Both the position numbers and the translations under genes were made by a program. The notes under the pieces were generated by a model, which ran no database searches, had not been told where the DNA came from, and worked only from the letters and a program-made list of their open reading frames with translations. A DNA stretch of 64,000 nucleotides from Eledone cirrhosa (taxonomy: Eukaryota): contig OZ024743.1 of the NCBI GenBank assembly GCA_964016885.1, positions 173,476,001 to 173,540,000 of the forward strand, read 5' to 3'. Below, piece by piece: positions 46,023 through 61,448 of the stretch. Every line of letters starts with the position of its first letter. The stretch's first letter is position 1.

Positions 46023-48523
46023 ACTGGGTGTGTTTCTTGAGTAGATCAGCAACACTAGAGAGGATGTTGTGTCTTTCACACAACTAAAGAGTCCTCTCAA
46101 CCTTTTTAAACATGGTTTCTATAGTAGTCACCAACCAACCTTAATGAGTGTACTGGGTGCATTTTTGTGGCACCATCACTAGAGAGGTTGTTGGTCATAG
46201 ACCTAACTGTTGAGGCCTCTCTCCTCTGGGGTGAGGCACAATAGGGAAAGGAGATAGGTATGAAATTATATGTGGAATTCCCAAGATAATTCTTTCCTAT
46301 CTGAACTGGTTTCGTCATTATGGAATAAACTTTTAGACATAACCACCTCAACATAGGCATGACTGCATATATATGCACAAACCTGCCACTGCTTTTTACA
46401 GCAAAGCTAGCTTCAAACCCTATTCCGACTGACTGTGGAATATTGGTTGTTCAGCTACACTGAGCCACTCACTGCTCCATAGATTCATGCAGCCAACCAT
46501 CTCGATTCAGCGTGTTTCAGTGCATAGTCTTGCAAACAAATTCTACCACTTCTCTAATTTTTGATCGATACTCCCATTTCAATCTAGGTGAGGGACTACT
46601 ATATCAGTACTTTGATACTCTTTTCAATAGAGTTTCTTTCAAACTGTCAAGCAGCCACAATGAAGCTGGCCTGTAGGGAAATCACTTTACACACTGACCC
46701 CAAATGACTATAGCGATGGTTTAATGGGTCGTGTTGGTAGTTGATTGTGTTGTGGTGTTGATTTGTTTGTTGCATGTGTACTCACTTATAACTTGCTGTG
46801 TGGTGTGGTCACTGCTATGTGATACAGTGTAACCAGAGGTTGTATGTGTGCAGGTAAGTGAGTAAGTCTTCAATAAGATGATGATGATATGATAGTTCCT
46901 TGATCACGCAGAAAATGAATATATATAAATGAACCACGATAACACCAAACCACTATATTATTAATTTACGGGGTCGATAAAATAAAGAACCAGTAATGCA
47001 CTGGGATAATTGCTGGCCTTGTGCCAAAAGTAGAAACAATTATTAATTTATTGAAAATAGCTTACACCGAAGCTATACGAAAAATACAAAAGAATTATGG
47101 ATGTTATTTGTTTGTTTGTAAAAGTAGAATTAAATCGTATTTACCAAGAAAACTTCATGAACTTCACTGGCTGGGTTGAGAGAGAAACCAAGAGATAGAT
47201 ATTGAGTGAAAGAGAGGGAGTAAGAGAAAGTAAGAGTCTGTAAGACCCCTAGGAGTTCTATAGAAAGCAATAGTTTACATGTTTACTCTATCAAGAACCA
47301 CTCCAAACTGCTCCCTCTGTTGGTCTAAGGCAGGCTATTTATCCATGTCACTTCCTCTGTCTCAAAACTTGAGAACAAAGGGCTAACCTTTAGAGGTCAT
47401 CCACTCTCAAACCTGTTGACACTCAAAAGGAGATAACCCAGAAAATAACTGTTAAATTTCACCCAGGGGTCAAGGTATGGACAGATTTTGCTACATGACA
47501 TCTAGCTGCCATTTCTCTTTTATCTGAGTTGGCATCAGTTTGTCTTGAGTGGCTGGTCAGCTTGGGGTGAAAGCAAGATAAATGCTTTTGTTTCTGGTAA
47601 CTTGGAATAGAAGCATCACTAGCGAGATGTAGCACTTAGCAAAAATAAATTTCGGCCCTGTCAACAAGAGTTCGAGAGCAATTCTTCCATCGGCACTTCA
47701 ACCTCACAGAATCATCTCCCTTTTCATTGAAACAATGATTCTCCAGCAAAATACAAAGGACTTTTCCAACACTGCATTCATTTGTGAGTGCTACCATCAA
47801 TCTTTATACTTTTTATGATTTGAAGTAATCATATTCTTTTTCCTTCACTGAAGTGAAGTAAAGTTCTATATCTAACCCAAATTATTGTATTTGTCGTGTT
47901 AATCATACTCTTTCAAAACAATCACTAACTTTGCTTCAGGCCTTGGTGGCCTCATAGATAATTTTCCATTATGAATCAGTTTTTAGTTGCCAATATCTCT
48001 AAGATTTTGATATAGCAAACAGCCATCTGCTTATTCTTGTGTTCTGGAGACAATATAAGCAATAGTAATAAATAACTGGCTCCCATAATCAAAGAGGCAG
48101 TTGCAGAGTTCCTACCAACCTGCTAAGATGTAGTGGTCAACTCTCTCTCTCTCGCTCTTGTTACCTGGCCAACGAAATTCATCCCATCAACAGAAGTTTG
48201 GTAAATACATTGTTAATAATACCTTTGCAAGCAAACATACATACACATCATACCTGACACACAACATCACACAATTCAATTGTGGTTATTTGTTCATTGG
48301 GTATCTAAACTATAATAAAGTAAGGACTGCGGGACTGCGTACGGTTTATTTCTTTTAATCCAGTTAGTAAAATAAGTTGGATTACTTTGAATAAATAATT
48401 GTTTCTACTTTAGGCAGTAATTACCCAGTGCATTACTGGTACTTTATTTTATCGACCCCGTAAGGATGAAAGGCAAAGTTAACCTCGGCGGGATTTGAAC
48501 TCAGACTGTAAAGGTACGTAACT

Positions 48524-49375
48524 ATGTATGTTTGTGTGAATGTATGTCCTTGAGCGGCTACTTTTATAAGTTTGTGTTTGCGCGATTATAGTTATATACT
48601 CATACATATAGATGTATGTGCACACTCATACGAATCAGCGTGTAAAAAATCATAATCTCTCTATCTCTCTCATTACACACTCTCTCTTTCTATATATATG
48701 GTAGTTGAAGTGGTGGTGGTGGTGGCGACGATATACCGGAAATGTGAATGAAACTTTGAAAAGAAGTCAATTTTAAATTATTTATGTTTACGAAATTTAG
48801 TACATAAATTATATAATATTCATTCATTACTTTGAATAAATAATTGTTTCTACGTTAGGCACAAGGCCAGCAATTACCCAGTGCATTACTGGTACTTTAT
48901 TTTATCGACCCCGTAAGGATGAAAGGCAAAGTCAACCTCGGCGGGATTTGAACTTGGAATGGCAAGGGCCGTAACTCTATACGTCAAAGCATGGCGTCCG
49001 ACCCTCTACCAATACTGCCAATCCACCGCCCTTTGAATAAATAATGAATGAATATTATATAATTTATGTACTAAATTTCGTAAACATAAATAATTTAAAA
49101 TTGACTTCTTTTCAAAGTTTCATTCACATTTCTACATTTCCGGTATATCGTCGCCACCACCAGCACTTCAACTACCATATATATAGAAAGAGAGAGTGTG
49201 TAATGAGAGAGATAGAGAGATTATGATTTTTTACACGCTGATGCGTATGAGTGTGCACATACATACATCTATATGTATGAGTATATGACTATTATGAGTA
49301 TATAACTATAATCGCGCAAACACAAACTTATAAAAGTAGCCGCTCAAGGACATACATTCACACAAACATACATAC
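48524..49375. repeat. ~300-bp-arm inverted repeat with a full SINE (48845-49030, -) in its loop
   Basis: 48524-48829 mirrors 49042-49375; TSD CTTTGAATAAATAAT. Confidence 0.85.
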
Positions 49376-49831
49376 ATTCACACATATACATTTACACAAA
49401 CATACATACATTCACACATATACATTTACACAAATACACACATACAGTCATGATAGCAGCGTTCGGTGAATTGGAAATGGGAGGGTAAAACAAGTATAAC
49501 GTTTTATTTATTCATTAACACTTTATTTATTTATTAACTCTTTTTTTTAAAACTCATTTAATATAATGGTTACAGAACGAAAACACTAACAAATATAATT
49601 GTTTCTACTTTTGGCACAAGGCCAGCAATTACCCCAGTGTGTTACTGGTACTTTATTTTATCGACCCCGTAAAGATGAAAGGCAAAGTTAACCTCGACGG
49701 GATTTGAAGTCAGACGTAACTATGCTGGAAAGCATGGCGTCCGACCCTCTACCGATACTGCCAATTCAATATAATATATACAAAGGAAAGGGAAAGAAAA
49801 AAAAGAAAGAAAAAATACACAAGCACATAAT

Positions 49832-50367
49832 TGTTTCTACTTTTGGCACAAGGTCAGCAATTACCCAGTGCATTATGGAGGCACATGGCTTAGTGGTTAG
49901 AGCATTGGCCTTACAATAGAAAGGTTGTGAGTTCAATTCTCAGACCGGGTGATGTGTTGTTTCCTTGAGCAAGACACTTTATTTCACATTGTTCCAGTTT
50001 ACTCAGCTGTAGAAATGAGATGATAGGGACTGGGGGTCCCTATCATTCCACTTCAAAGTGGTCGTGGAGGTGCCACGGCAAAAAAGCACCCAGCACTCAC
50101 TGTAAATGAGGTTGGTGTTAGGAAGGGCATCCAGCTGTAGAAATCAAGCGAGAATCAGTTCCCGTCCCACCCTTGCAAGCAGGAAAAAGTGGACGTAAAA
50201 TGATGATAATGATATGATGATTACTGGTACTTTATTTTATCGACCCCGTAAGGATGAAAGGCAAAGTTAACCTCGATGGGATTTGAACTCAGACCGTAAA
50301 GGGACGTAACTATGCTGGAAAGCATGGTGTCCGACTCTCTACCGATACTGCCAATCCACCGCCTGGG
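49832..50367 (-). mobile_element. Second-family SINE interrupted by a CORE-SINE
   Basis: TSD ACAAGCACATAAT; halves at 49832-49875 and 50221-50367. Confidence 0.88.
49876..50220 (+). mobile_element. CORE-type tRNA-SINE
   Basis: TGGAGGCACATGGCTTAGTGG head through to (GAT)n tail. Confidence 0.9.
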
Positions 50368-50466
50368 ACAAGCACATAATATACACATCTTAGACCACAT
50401 AGAACAAAATGCAGCCGCTACCAGAGCAAAAGATAGCAATATAGCGAGGAGCACTGGGAAACCTCT

Positions 50467-50900
50467 CTAATAATTTTTGAGGCAGGCCAGCATGCTCGCA
50501 GTGTTACTTGGGGTGATAGCGACGCTGAGGTGCTGGAACAACCAAGTGCTCTCACAAGCATCACCAGTTACCTCTGTTTGGTGAGCCGCCAGTGAAGATA
50601 AGAATCTCGCTGTCAGTAGCCCGCCTCCCCCAAACGTTTGAACGCCACATGCTGGATAATTAGCTGACAGAACATGGTATTTTAGGATTTTGTTCCGTTC
50701 AGCTGTGGATGTTGTAGCTCTCGTCCTTACCACTACATCCAGGATGTGGGAAGAAGCGAAATAGTCACTAACTGTGACGTCCCAGGTAAGGCACCTGCCT
50801 CCTGACCAGGAGCACAGAGTAAGACCGTCAAATCGTTTCCCATCAATTCAGGACAACCCAGATGGTTCCAAAATAGAGGGGATGTTTGCCCAGGCCAAAG
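50467..50900 (-). mobile_element. CRE-like non-LTR fragment (restriction-like endonuclease C-terminus)
   Basis: Minus-strand translation DGKRFDGLTLCSWSGGRCLTWDVTV and LFQHLSVAITPSNTASML. Confidence 0.72.
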
Positions 50901-51109
50901 CTCTTAAGTGGTAATAGGACAGTGTGTGCATGTGCGTGCACATGAGTTTGTCGGCAGTCTTAAATTAGAGACACGTGTGTGTGCCACTGTTTTTAAGTTA
51001 GGCATATATATGTGTGTATCCTTTTCCTTCCTTTTAAACACACACATTCATTACATTCACACAAACATTCTTGTGTGATGGACAGGGGAACAGAAGTCCC
51101 TCAAATTTA

Positions 51110-51620
51110 TATACATGTGAATGGAGTTCTACTGAAGCAGTTAAAGAAGTTCAAGTATCTTGGAGCCGTGTTCTTGAGTGATGGAATGCAGGAGGCTGAA
51201 TTAAGTGCAAGAATTGCAAAAGCTGATGCAGTAATGCCTCAGGAATCGGATGAAGCGGGGTAGGTGTAAAAGCCAAACTCGCTGTCTTCCTGGTATTCCT
51301 GCCAACTCTTACCGAGGATCATGAATCTTGAGTAATGACCAAAAGAATACAATTACAAATAAAAGTGGCAGAAATGGGATTCCTCCGAAGGGTCTTTGGA
51401 GTAACGTTACTCGATAAAGTACATAGCTCAGAGACCAGACAGTCACTCCTGGTAGAGCCACTACTTTTCCGAATTGAGAGATCACAACTCCGATATTATG
51501 AGCATGTGGTTAGGATGCCTCAGTAAATAATCGCTGGACACATTTTTCAGGCAAAACCAACCTGCAAGTGACCCAGTGGTAGACCCTGAGCAAGATAGTT
51601 GGATAACATCCATGAGCTTG
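51110..51620 (+). mobile_element. RTE-clade LINE C-terminal relic (a further family)
   Basis: FKYLGAVF, AEMGFLRRVFGVTLLDK, ERSQLRYYEHVVRM. Confidence 0.8.
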
Positions 51621-51739
51621 GCTGATCATGCTTTGGGATCCAGCTGCATCAGTTAGAGTTGTTTGCTTCTGACAGACTTTACTTTTCAATGTACATATAT
51701 CTATATGCATATATATTTGCGTATAATACCAATATGCAC

Positions 51740-52495
51740 AGAACATATGCCTGCAGAAAACCGCCCGAGGGCGGTTTTTCTGCTAGTTGTTATAATAATG
51801 AAATTATTGTGTACAGTGCTCAGGTGTGCTCAGGTGCACTACAACTCATCAAAGGTGCATGTATAGTACATAGAATAATGTATAAATGTCAGGAAAGTGA
51901 ACAATGTATGAGTCATGATATACATGTGTACGTGTGTATGGAGGGGGGATATCAGGTGTAGTGTTGGAGAATTTCAGGATGCATGGATGTTTTAAAGGAT
52001 GCAGTGTCTCAGTAGCTAACAACTGATACAGATAGTTTGTTCCATGCTTCAGCAACTCTGAGTGTGAAAAAATGTTTCCGAAAGTCATGGGAACTGTGTT
52101 GTTTTCTGACTTTGTAGGCATGCCCACGTGTGTTTGAAACATGGACCTCAAAAAGGTGCTCAGGGTTGTTGTTGGTAAGATGGTTAATAATTTTGTGGGT
52201 GTTTACCAAGTCAGTTGCCAGACGTCGGAGTTTCAATGTATCCATGCCCAATAAAGCAAGGCGTTCAGAGTATGGTAGATGCCTGATGGAGGGTATTCGC
52301 TTGGTTGCATGTCTCTGAACAGTTTCCAGGAGGTCAATGTTCTGAGCAAGATAGGGGTTCCAGACTGGTGATGCAAATTCTAAGTGTGGCCACACCAAAG
52401 CTATATACAGCTTTAAATAGCTGGAGAGCGGCTGACAAAGGTCTTTCTGAGTGATGCTAAGACACGCTTCTTGACAATTTTAGAGACGTGTTATT
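51740..52495 (-). mobile_element. CR1-clade LINE 3' end
   Basis: PHLEFASPVWNPY, LETVQRHATK, TRGHAYK, FFTLRVAEAWNKL; hairpin GCAGAAAACCGCCCGAGGGCGGTTTTTCTGC in the 3' region. Confidence 0.85.
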
Positions 52496-52517
52496 GTGGT
52501 CGATATATTTCATTTCC

Positions 52518-52904
52518 GGCATACGTCAAGACGGGCGGTGTCAAAAGTGAAATTAATTTTACGATTGTGAATTTGTTTGTTTTTTTGCAACAGGTCAGTG
52601 AAAGTATAATGCAGACACACGCAATTCTATGGATTTCTTAATATATATATATGTGTGGGTGTGTATATGTGTGTCATCATCATCGTTTAACGTCTATCTT
52701 CCACGCAAGCATGGGTTTAGACGTATATATATGTTTGTGTGTATATATATGTGGCCACATACACATATATATATATATACAGACACATATATATACACAC
52801 AAACACATATATACACACAGACATATATATACGTCTAAACCCATGCTTGCGTGGAAGATAGACGTTAAACGATGACACAAACACACATATATATATATAT
52901 ACAT

Positions 52905-52938
<34 letters not shown>

Positions 52939-53061
52939 TAAGAAATCCATAGAATTGCGTGTGTCTGCATTATACTTTCACTGACCTGTTGTAAAAAAAC
53001 AAACAAATTCACAATCGTAAAATTAGTTTCACTTTTGAGACCACCCGTCTTGACGTATGCC
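52518..53061. repeat. Fold-back with ~240-300 bp arms centred near 52754, including an RTE 3' tail in both arms
   Basis: GGCATACGTCAAGACGGG.. mirrors ..CCCGTCTTGACGTATGCC. Confidence 0.9.
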
Positions 53062-56000
53062 TCATTTAAAGTAAATCATTCAGGGTAAATCACTTACCCA
53101 AGGATTCATCATCATCATAATGCATACTTGCACAAATGCAATCTCTGGTCACACTGTATCAGGTACACCAACCTTCCTTCGCCCACACTCTACACACCAG
53201 TGACCACACCACTGAGCAATCCACAACTGAATACACACAGGACAATGGATCAATACCATAATACAACCATCTGTCTAAGTATCGCATCGCTATAAGCCCA
53301 ACTCGCAGAGCTCCTTCCTTGGACAGGCTACTGTCTTTCCGATTTTACAGAGTAAAACAACATCTCTGGGACCGAGGACACATTAGGTCTTGACGGTAAC
53401 TGGCACAGAAAGGAAGTGGTCGGTCAAGCCCGGTATTTGGTTATATCCCTTCCACTGCAGCCCAAATTTGTAGCAGAAGCGACAAGGTTAAAGGCGTAGA
53501 ATGATTTATTCAAACATCTATTTTCTGGCATTGAGTAAATGTCAAAAATCAATATAGCGAGAACGATATTAAAGACATATTTTAACCAATCAAAATACAA
53601 GAAAATCGGTTTCCTAACTTTTAATTCCAGAATTATAACCAATCAAAAAGTCGATGTTATTCAGTGTTTTGCTAAGTAACATACATATTTAGCGAATTTT
53701 TCATTGTTTATATGTTATTCTAAAGTAATATAGTTTTATTGTACAGGTTTGTATAATGTTTACATATATTGTGTTGCCGTTTTATGATACACATTATCGA
53801 TTTTCCTTGTTATAATGTTTGTTTATATAAATATATATATATATATATATGTGTGTGTATATTGTAATTAATTAGAGATAGCAACCAAGAGACAATATCC
53901 TGAATGCTTACACAAACAGAAAGCTAAAATTCGTTTACATGTCATTTTAATTTGTCAAACACGTATGGATTCTTTCTATTCTTTTTCTTTTATGCTTCAT
54001 TTGCTTCCCGTTGGCCTTCCTTCTTTTTTTCAATCTCTGTCTAATTTGATTTTGTTTCTTAACTCTTAAGTCTCGTGGTTTACTAGTGGTAAGGCCGGGG
54101 CAGCAGCAGATCTTCAGAGAGAAAGCCCCATCAAGCGAGTGTTTCGGCCCTTAACTTCTGACATTGAAATTGATTAAATAAATAAATTATATATGTTTGT
54201 AGCGACCTTGGGTCGCTACATGTTTATATATATAATGACAACAGAAGGCCGGACTGAAAGATATGCTTTAAAATTCTAATTCCGTGAAATCACGATACTT
54301 ATTTCAATGGCCCAGCTCCATTATCCAGGATGATCTCATCAAGGAAACTTCGACAGGTTTACGTTGAACCTCTGGATACCACATCTACGATGGATGACTT
54401 GCATAACGTTGAGTGCTTTGATTGATTTGCCTACCAGAACCACCAGTAATACCAAGGGTATTACTGGTAAAATAACTTAAATGAAATTTAGTTCCTGTAA
54501 CAGTTGAGCCCTTTTTGTTGTAATGAAGAACATAGGTCGCGACCAAACCTCTTAACTTTCTACTACAGAGGAACTGCCGACTCCTAGTCTTCCTCGTATC
54601 TTGGACCTAATCGTACCCGGTTACCTACTCCCACACGAACATGCATATCTATACCCTTTTGTTTTATATATTTATATAGTATCCGTTGCATTTATTCTTT
54701 TCTAATTTTTCTTACCTCTTCATATATATTTTTAATAATTATCCCTCATAATATATTACACCCTCGTTATATCTGACACTTCTACATACAATGTTTATTT
54801 CTTACTTTTCTATATCCCACCTAATAGCTATGGATTATAGAGTACTACACCACATAGTACATTCCATATATGATAAATTATATAATATTCAAGAACGCCT
54901 AGACTCAATAATAGCTGTGGTTTAGTTAAATTCAATTTTAATTTAATGTTATTTTTCTTTCTAATGTAACCTTGATTAATTTAAATCAACATCAGAATTA
55001 ATTTCAACCTAACAGATTTCTCTTGACTATATTTTTCTAGATAAGTTTGACCATGTGCAACCCCTGTCTCATAATCTATAACGCCAAGGGAAGAACATGG
55101 AATATGTAGCTTACTGCCTATGTGCATATCTCCGTTGATAATCGAGCGTCGGATGTGTGTATTAATCCATCGGCCCTTGGTGTGTATTAATCCATGTGGC
55201 CCTTTGAGTGAAACGCTGTTCAGACTAACTTGACCATCACCTAGAGTGCTTGGTAATTGACTAGATAATTAATCAATTTCCCCCTCCATTCTTTTTTTTA
55301 ATATACTCGGTCGAATACAGCGCAGCTACTTTGGACCACACCAAGCTTAGCCCTAAACAAATTAACGCATATATATACACACGAATATATTTTGTAAATC
55401 CGAACCTTCAGAGATACCTTAAAAATAACTGCCTTCTTTTAACTATTATAGTTATTATTTTACTAATATTTTTGTTCCTCTCCTAACCCTATTTTTGGTC
55501 AGACGATATTTTCATAGTTTTATACATATGCACCTCTTTAACTACAGGCACCACTGAATGACCTGTCTGATAGACGACAAATAGATTAGAGTCTAAAGCG
55601 TAACAATTTTATTAGGAAGTGACACCTGGGAAGTATTTTCTGTGTCGGTACTTGACCGCATCCCCCGTCACCCCTAAACCACCTCGCAGCATTATACAGG
55701 CAGTTCCCGGACCGAATTTTCATTCTTTAATTTCCTATTCTCTTTACCCTATCTTCCATGATATGTTTAGGTTCAACGTAACCCTGTTTATAATTCTCTC
55801 GTAGTTATCTGATGAGATCGTCCTCTCTTGCATCATATTTGGATGATGGAGCTGAACCATTGAAATATGTATTGCGATTTCACGGAATCAGTCCCGCCTT
55901 CTTTTGTCATTTTATGAATACTTTACTCCATTCCAGCACCAACTACTGGATACCACATCTATGATAAATGACTTCCATAACGTTGAGTGCTTTGATTGAT

Positions 56001-56852
56001 TTGGTAGGCAAATACTGGTTTCAGTATCCGTATCAGGTCGGACGCCATAGTTCAAATCCCGCCGAGGTTAACTTTGCCTTTCATCCTTACTGGGTCGATA
56101 AAATTAAGTACCAGGTAATTGCTGGCCTTATGTCAAAAGTTCAAACAATTATTAAAATTCATCTTATCAAATGTTGAGTATTGAAATAAAAAATTAAAAA
56201 GAAAATTAGTAGGATTTAAAAACTAAAAATTAAAGATTTAAAATTAAAATCAAATGGAGTAACTTTTTTTCCCATCTTTCTTGCTCAAAATTGTCCCTCT
56301 TATTTTTTCAATAATGTCAATTTGACGAATCAAAGAAAGGATACAAAAAGAAAAACAGCCTCATAAATATATTTTCCTTGCTATTTCCAACTTCATCTTC
56401 TCTCTCTGGTTGTATGCATTTATGTGTGCGTGTAATTTGTATGTCTATACTCTTTTGTGTCTGTGCTGTGTTTATATGTATGGGGCGTGCTTATATATTT
56501 ATATGTATGCGTATGTGTGTGTATGTATATATGTGTGTGTGTGTACATATATATATATATATATTTAGTTTTTTTTTGTGCATTTGCTTACCACGTGCGT
56601 TTGGTCATTTATTATTTTTATTTTAAATTTTGCCGTCTTGTATCGCTGTGAACTTAATATTTTTTATTTTTTTATTTTCTTAATCCTTATTTTTTATTTG
56701 CTTATTTGTGTGTGACGGCCTACTATGATTATTTATTCTTATTTGTGTGTGTGCATATGTATCCTTTTATATGTGAGTACGTATGCATGTGTGTATATAT
56801 GTGTATGTATGTGTGTATATATATATATATGAATGTGTGTGCATGTATATAT

Positions 56853-57144
56853 ATCATCATCATCATTTTACGTCCGCTTTTCCCTGCTTGCAAGGGTGGG
56901 ACGGGAACTGATTCTGGCTTGATTTCTACAGCTGGATGCTCTTCCTTGTTAGGAGTGCTTTTTTGCTGTGGCACCTCCACGACCACTTTGCAGTGGAATG
57001 ATATGGACCCTCATTTCTACAGCTGAGTAAACTGGAGCAAAGTGAAATAAAGTGTCTTGCTCAAGGAAACAACACATCACCCGGTCTGAGAATTGAACTC
57101 AAAACCTTTCGATTGCAAGGCCAATGCTCTAACCACTAAGCCAT
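56853..57144 (-). mobile_element. CORE-type tRNA-SINE with internal deletions
   Basis: Reverse complement of the 14261 family. Confidence 0.88.
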
Positions 57145-59349
<2,205 letters not shown>

Positions 59350-60767
59350 TCATCATCATCATCATCAGGTTTAGCGTCCGTGTTCCACGCTTGCATGGGT
59401 TTGGACGGGGGTTTTCCCACTTGAGGCAAGAGTGGTTGTCTTGCTCGCATAGGACTGTCTGGCGGGTTTTCTACAGTTGGATGCCCTTCCTAACACCAAC
59501 CACATTTACAGTGTGGGGCTGGGAGGTTTTTACCGTGTTGCCTACACGGCCACATTACAGCGTGGACTGTCTGGCGGGTTTTCTACAGCTGGATGCCCTT
59601 CCTAACACCAACCACATTTACAGTGTGGGGCTGGGAGGTTTTTACCGTGTTGCCTACACGGCCACATTTACAGCGTGGACTGTGTGTTTTTTGTCGTGAC
59701 ACCTACACGATCTCATTTGTTTCGGCCTGGATGTTGTGGGACCAACATAACTTTACATTGAAAGGGGCGGTGTGGAGGGACGGGGGTGTGTTTTGATAGA
59801 GGTGCCTACTGACTGTAGTAGGTTTTTACTTTGTATTTAGGTAAGGCGGGTCTTCTCTATTACTGAGTACCGCCAAAGGTCTCGGTCCAGTGACATTGTC
59901 TTGGAGAGGTGTAAGCGTGTGAGGTCGGAATTTATCAGCTCGTCCCATGTTTTTCTGGGTCTGCCTACTCCGTGGCTACCGTCTATCTTTATTGCCCTGC
60001 ACTTTGTTATACAGCTGTCGTCTTTCATGCGCATCACGTGACCGTACCAACGTAGCCTTCTCTCGAGTAAACAACATCTGATCCCTCTTATTTCTAATTT
60101 TTTCCTTAGTTCGTTTATGCTTTGCCGTTCACGTATATTACTATTGCACATCCAGCGGAGCATGCAAGCTTCGTTCCTCTCTAGTCTGCGTATATCCTCT
60201 GCACACAATGCCCAGGTCTCACTGCCATGCAGCATTGCTGTTCGTATGCAGGCATCGTATAACCTGCCTTTCATTTTTAGGGAGAACCCTCTAGCGGCTA
60301 ATAGTGGTATAAGCTCTCTGAACTTTTTCCATCCAGTTCTGACTCTAGCTACTCCCCCACTGCTGATTTTGTCACCCAGATAACGGAAGCTGTCCACTAT
60401 TTCTATAGAACCCTCTGCGCAGTTGAAGGAGCTAGTATTTTGTGGGCACTTGCTGCTACTTATTGCACCAGAGCACCGGCCACATGTTAAATCTATGTTC
60501 TTAGTTAGCTTACCTGTGATCCCACTACATCTTTTATGCACCCATACTTTGCATTTGGGACATAAAATGGAGTTTCTACCTACGCCTTTCCTACACACTG
60601 AGCATGGCCATTTCCCCGATGGGACCGCCGCCTTATTTTCTTTCCTACAAACTAGAACTTTAGTCTTAGCCAGGTTAATTTTAAGGCCTTTTGATTCTAG
60701 GCCGTGCTTCCACGTTTGGAATTTCTTCTCTAGTTCGGTCATTGATTCAGCTATGAGCGTTAGATCT
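59350..60767 (-). mobile_element. Young RTE LINE, 5'-truncated
   Basis: ORF 59837-60742 nearly identical to 61551-62945; (CAT)n tail; ~111-bp tandem duplication in the 3' UTR. Confidence 0.95.
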
Positions 60768-61379
60768 TATTATCTTATATATTATATTTATATATATATA
60801 TATATATTATATTTATATATATTATATATATATATATATTATATATATATTATATATATATATATATTATATTTATATATATTATATATATATATATATT
60901 ATATTTATATATATTATATATATATATATATTATATTTATATATATTATATATATATATATATTATATATATATATATTATATTTATATATATATATTAT
61001 ATATATATATATATTATATTTATATATATATTATATTTATATATATATTATATTTATATATATATATATATTATATATATATATATATATTATATTTATA
61101 TATATATATATATTATATATATTATATTTATATATATATATATATTTATTATATATATATATATATTATATATATATATATATTATATTATATATATATA
61201 TATATTATATATATATATATTATATTTATATATATATTATATATATATTATATTTATATATATATTATATATATATTATATTTATATATATATTATATAT
61301 ATATATATATTATATATATATATACATTATATTATATATATATATACATTATATTTATATATATTATATATATTATATA

Positions 61380-61420
<41 letters not shown>

Positions 61421-61448
61421 ATAAATATAATGTATATATATATATATT
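60768..61448. repeat. A/T tract with the same unit grammar as 57145-59349
   Basis: Direct reading. Confidence 0.95.
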
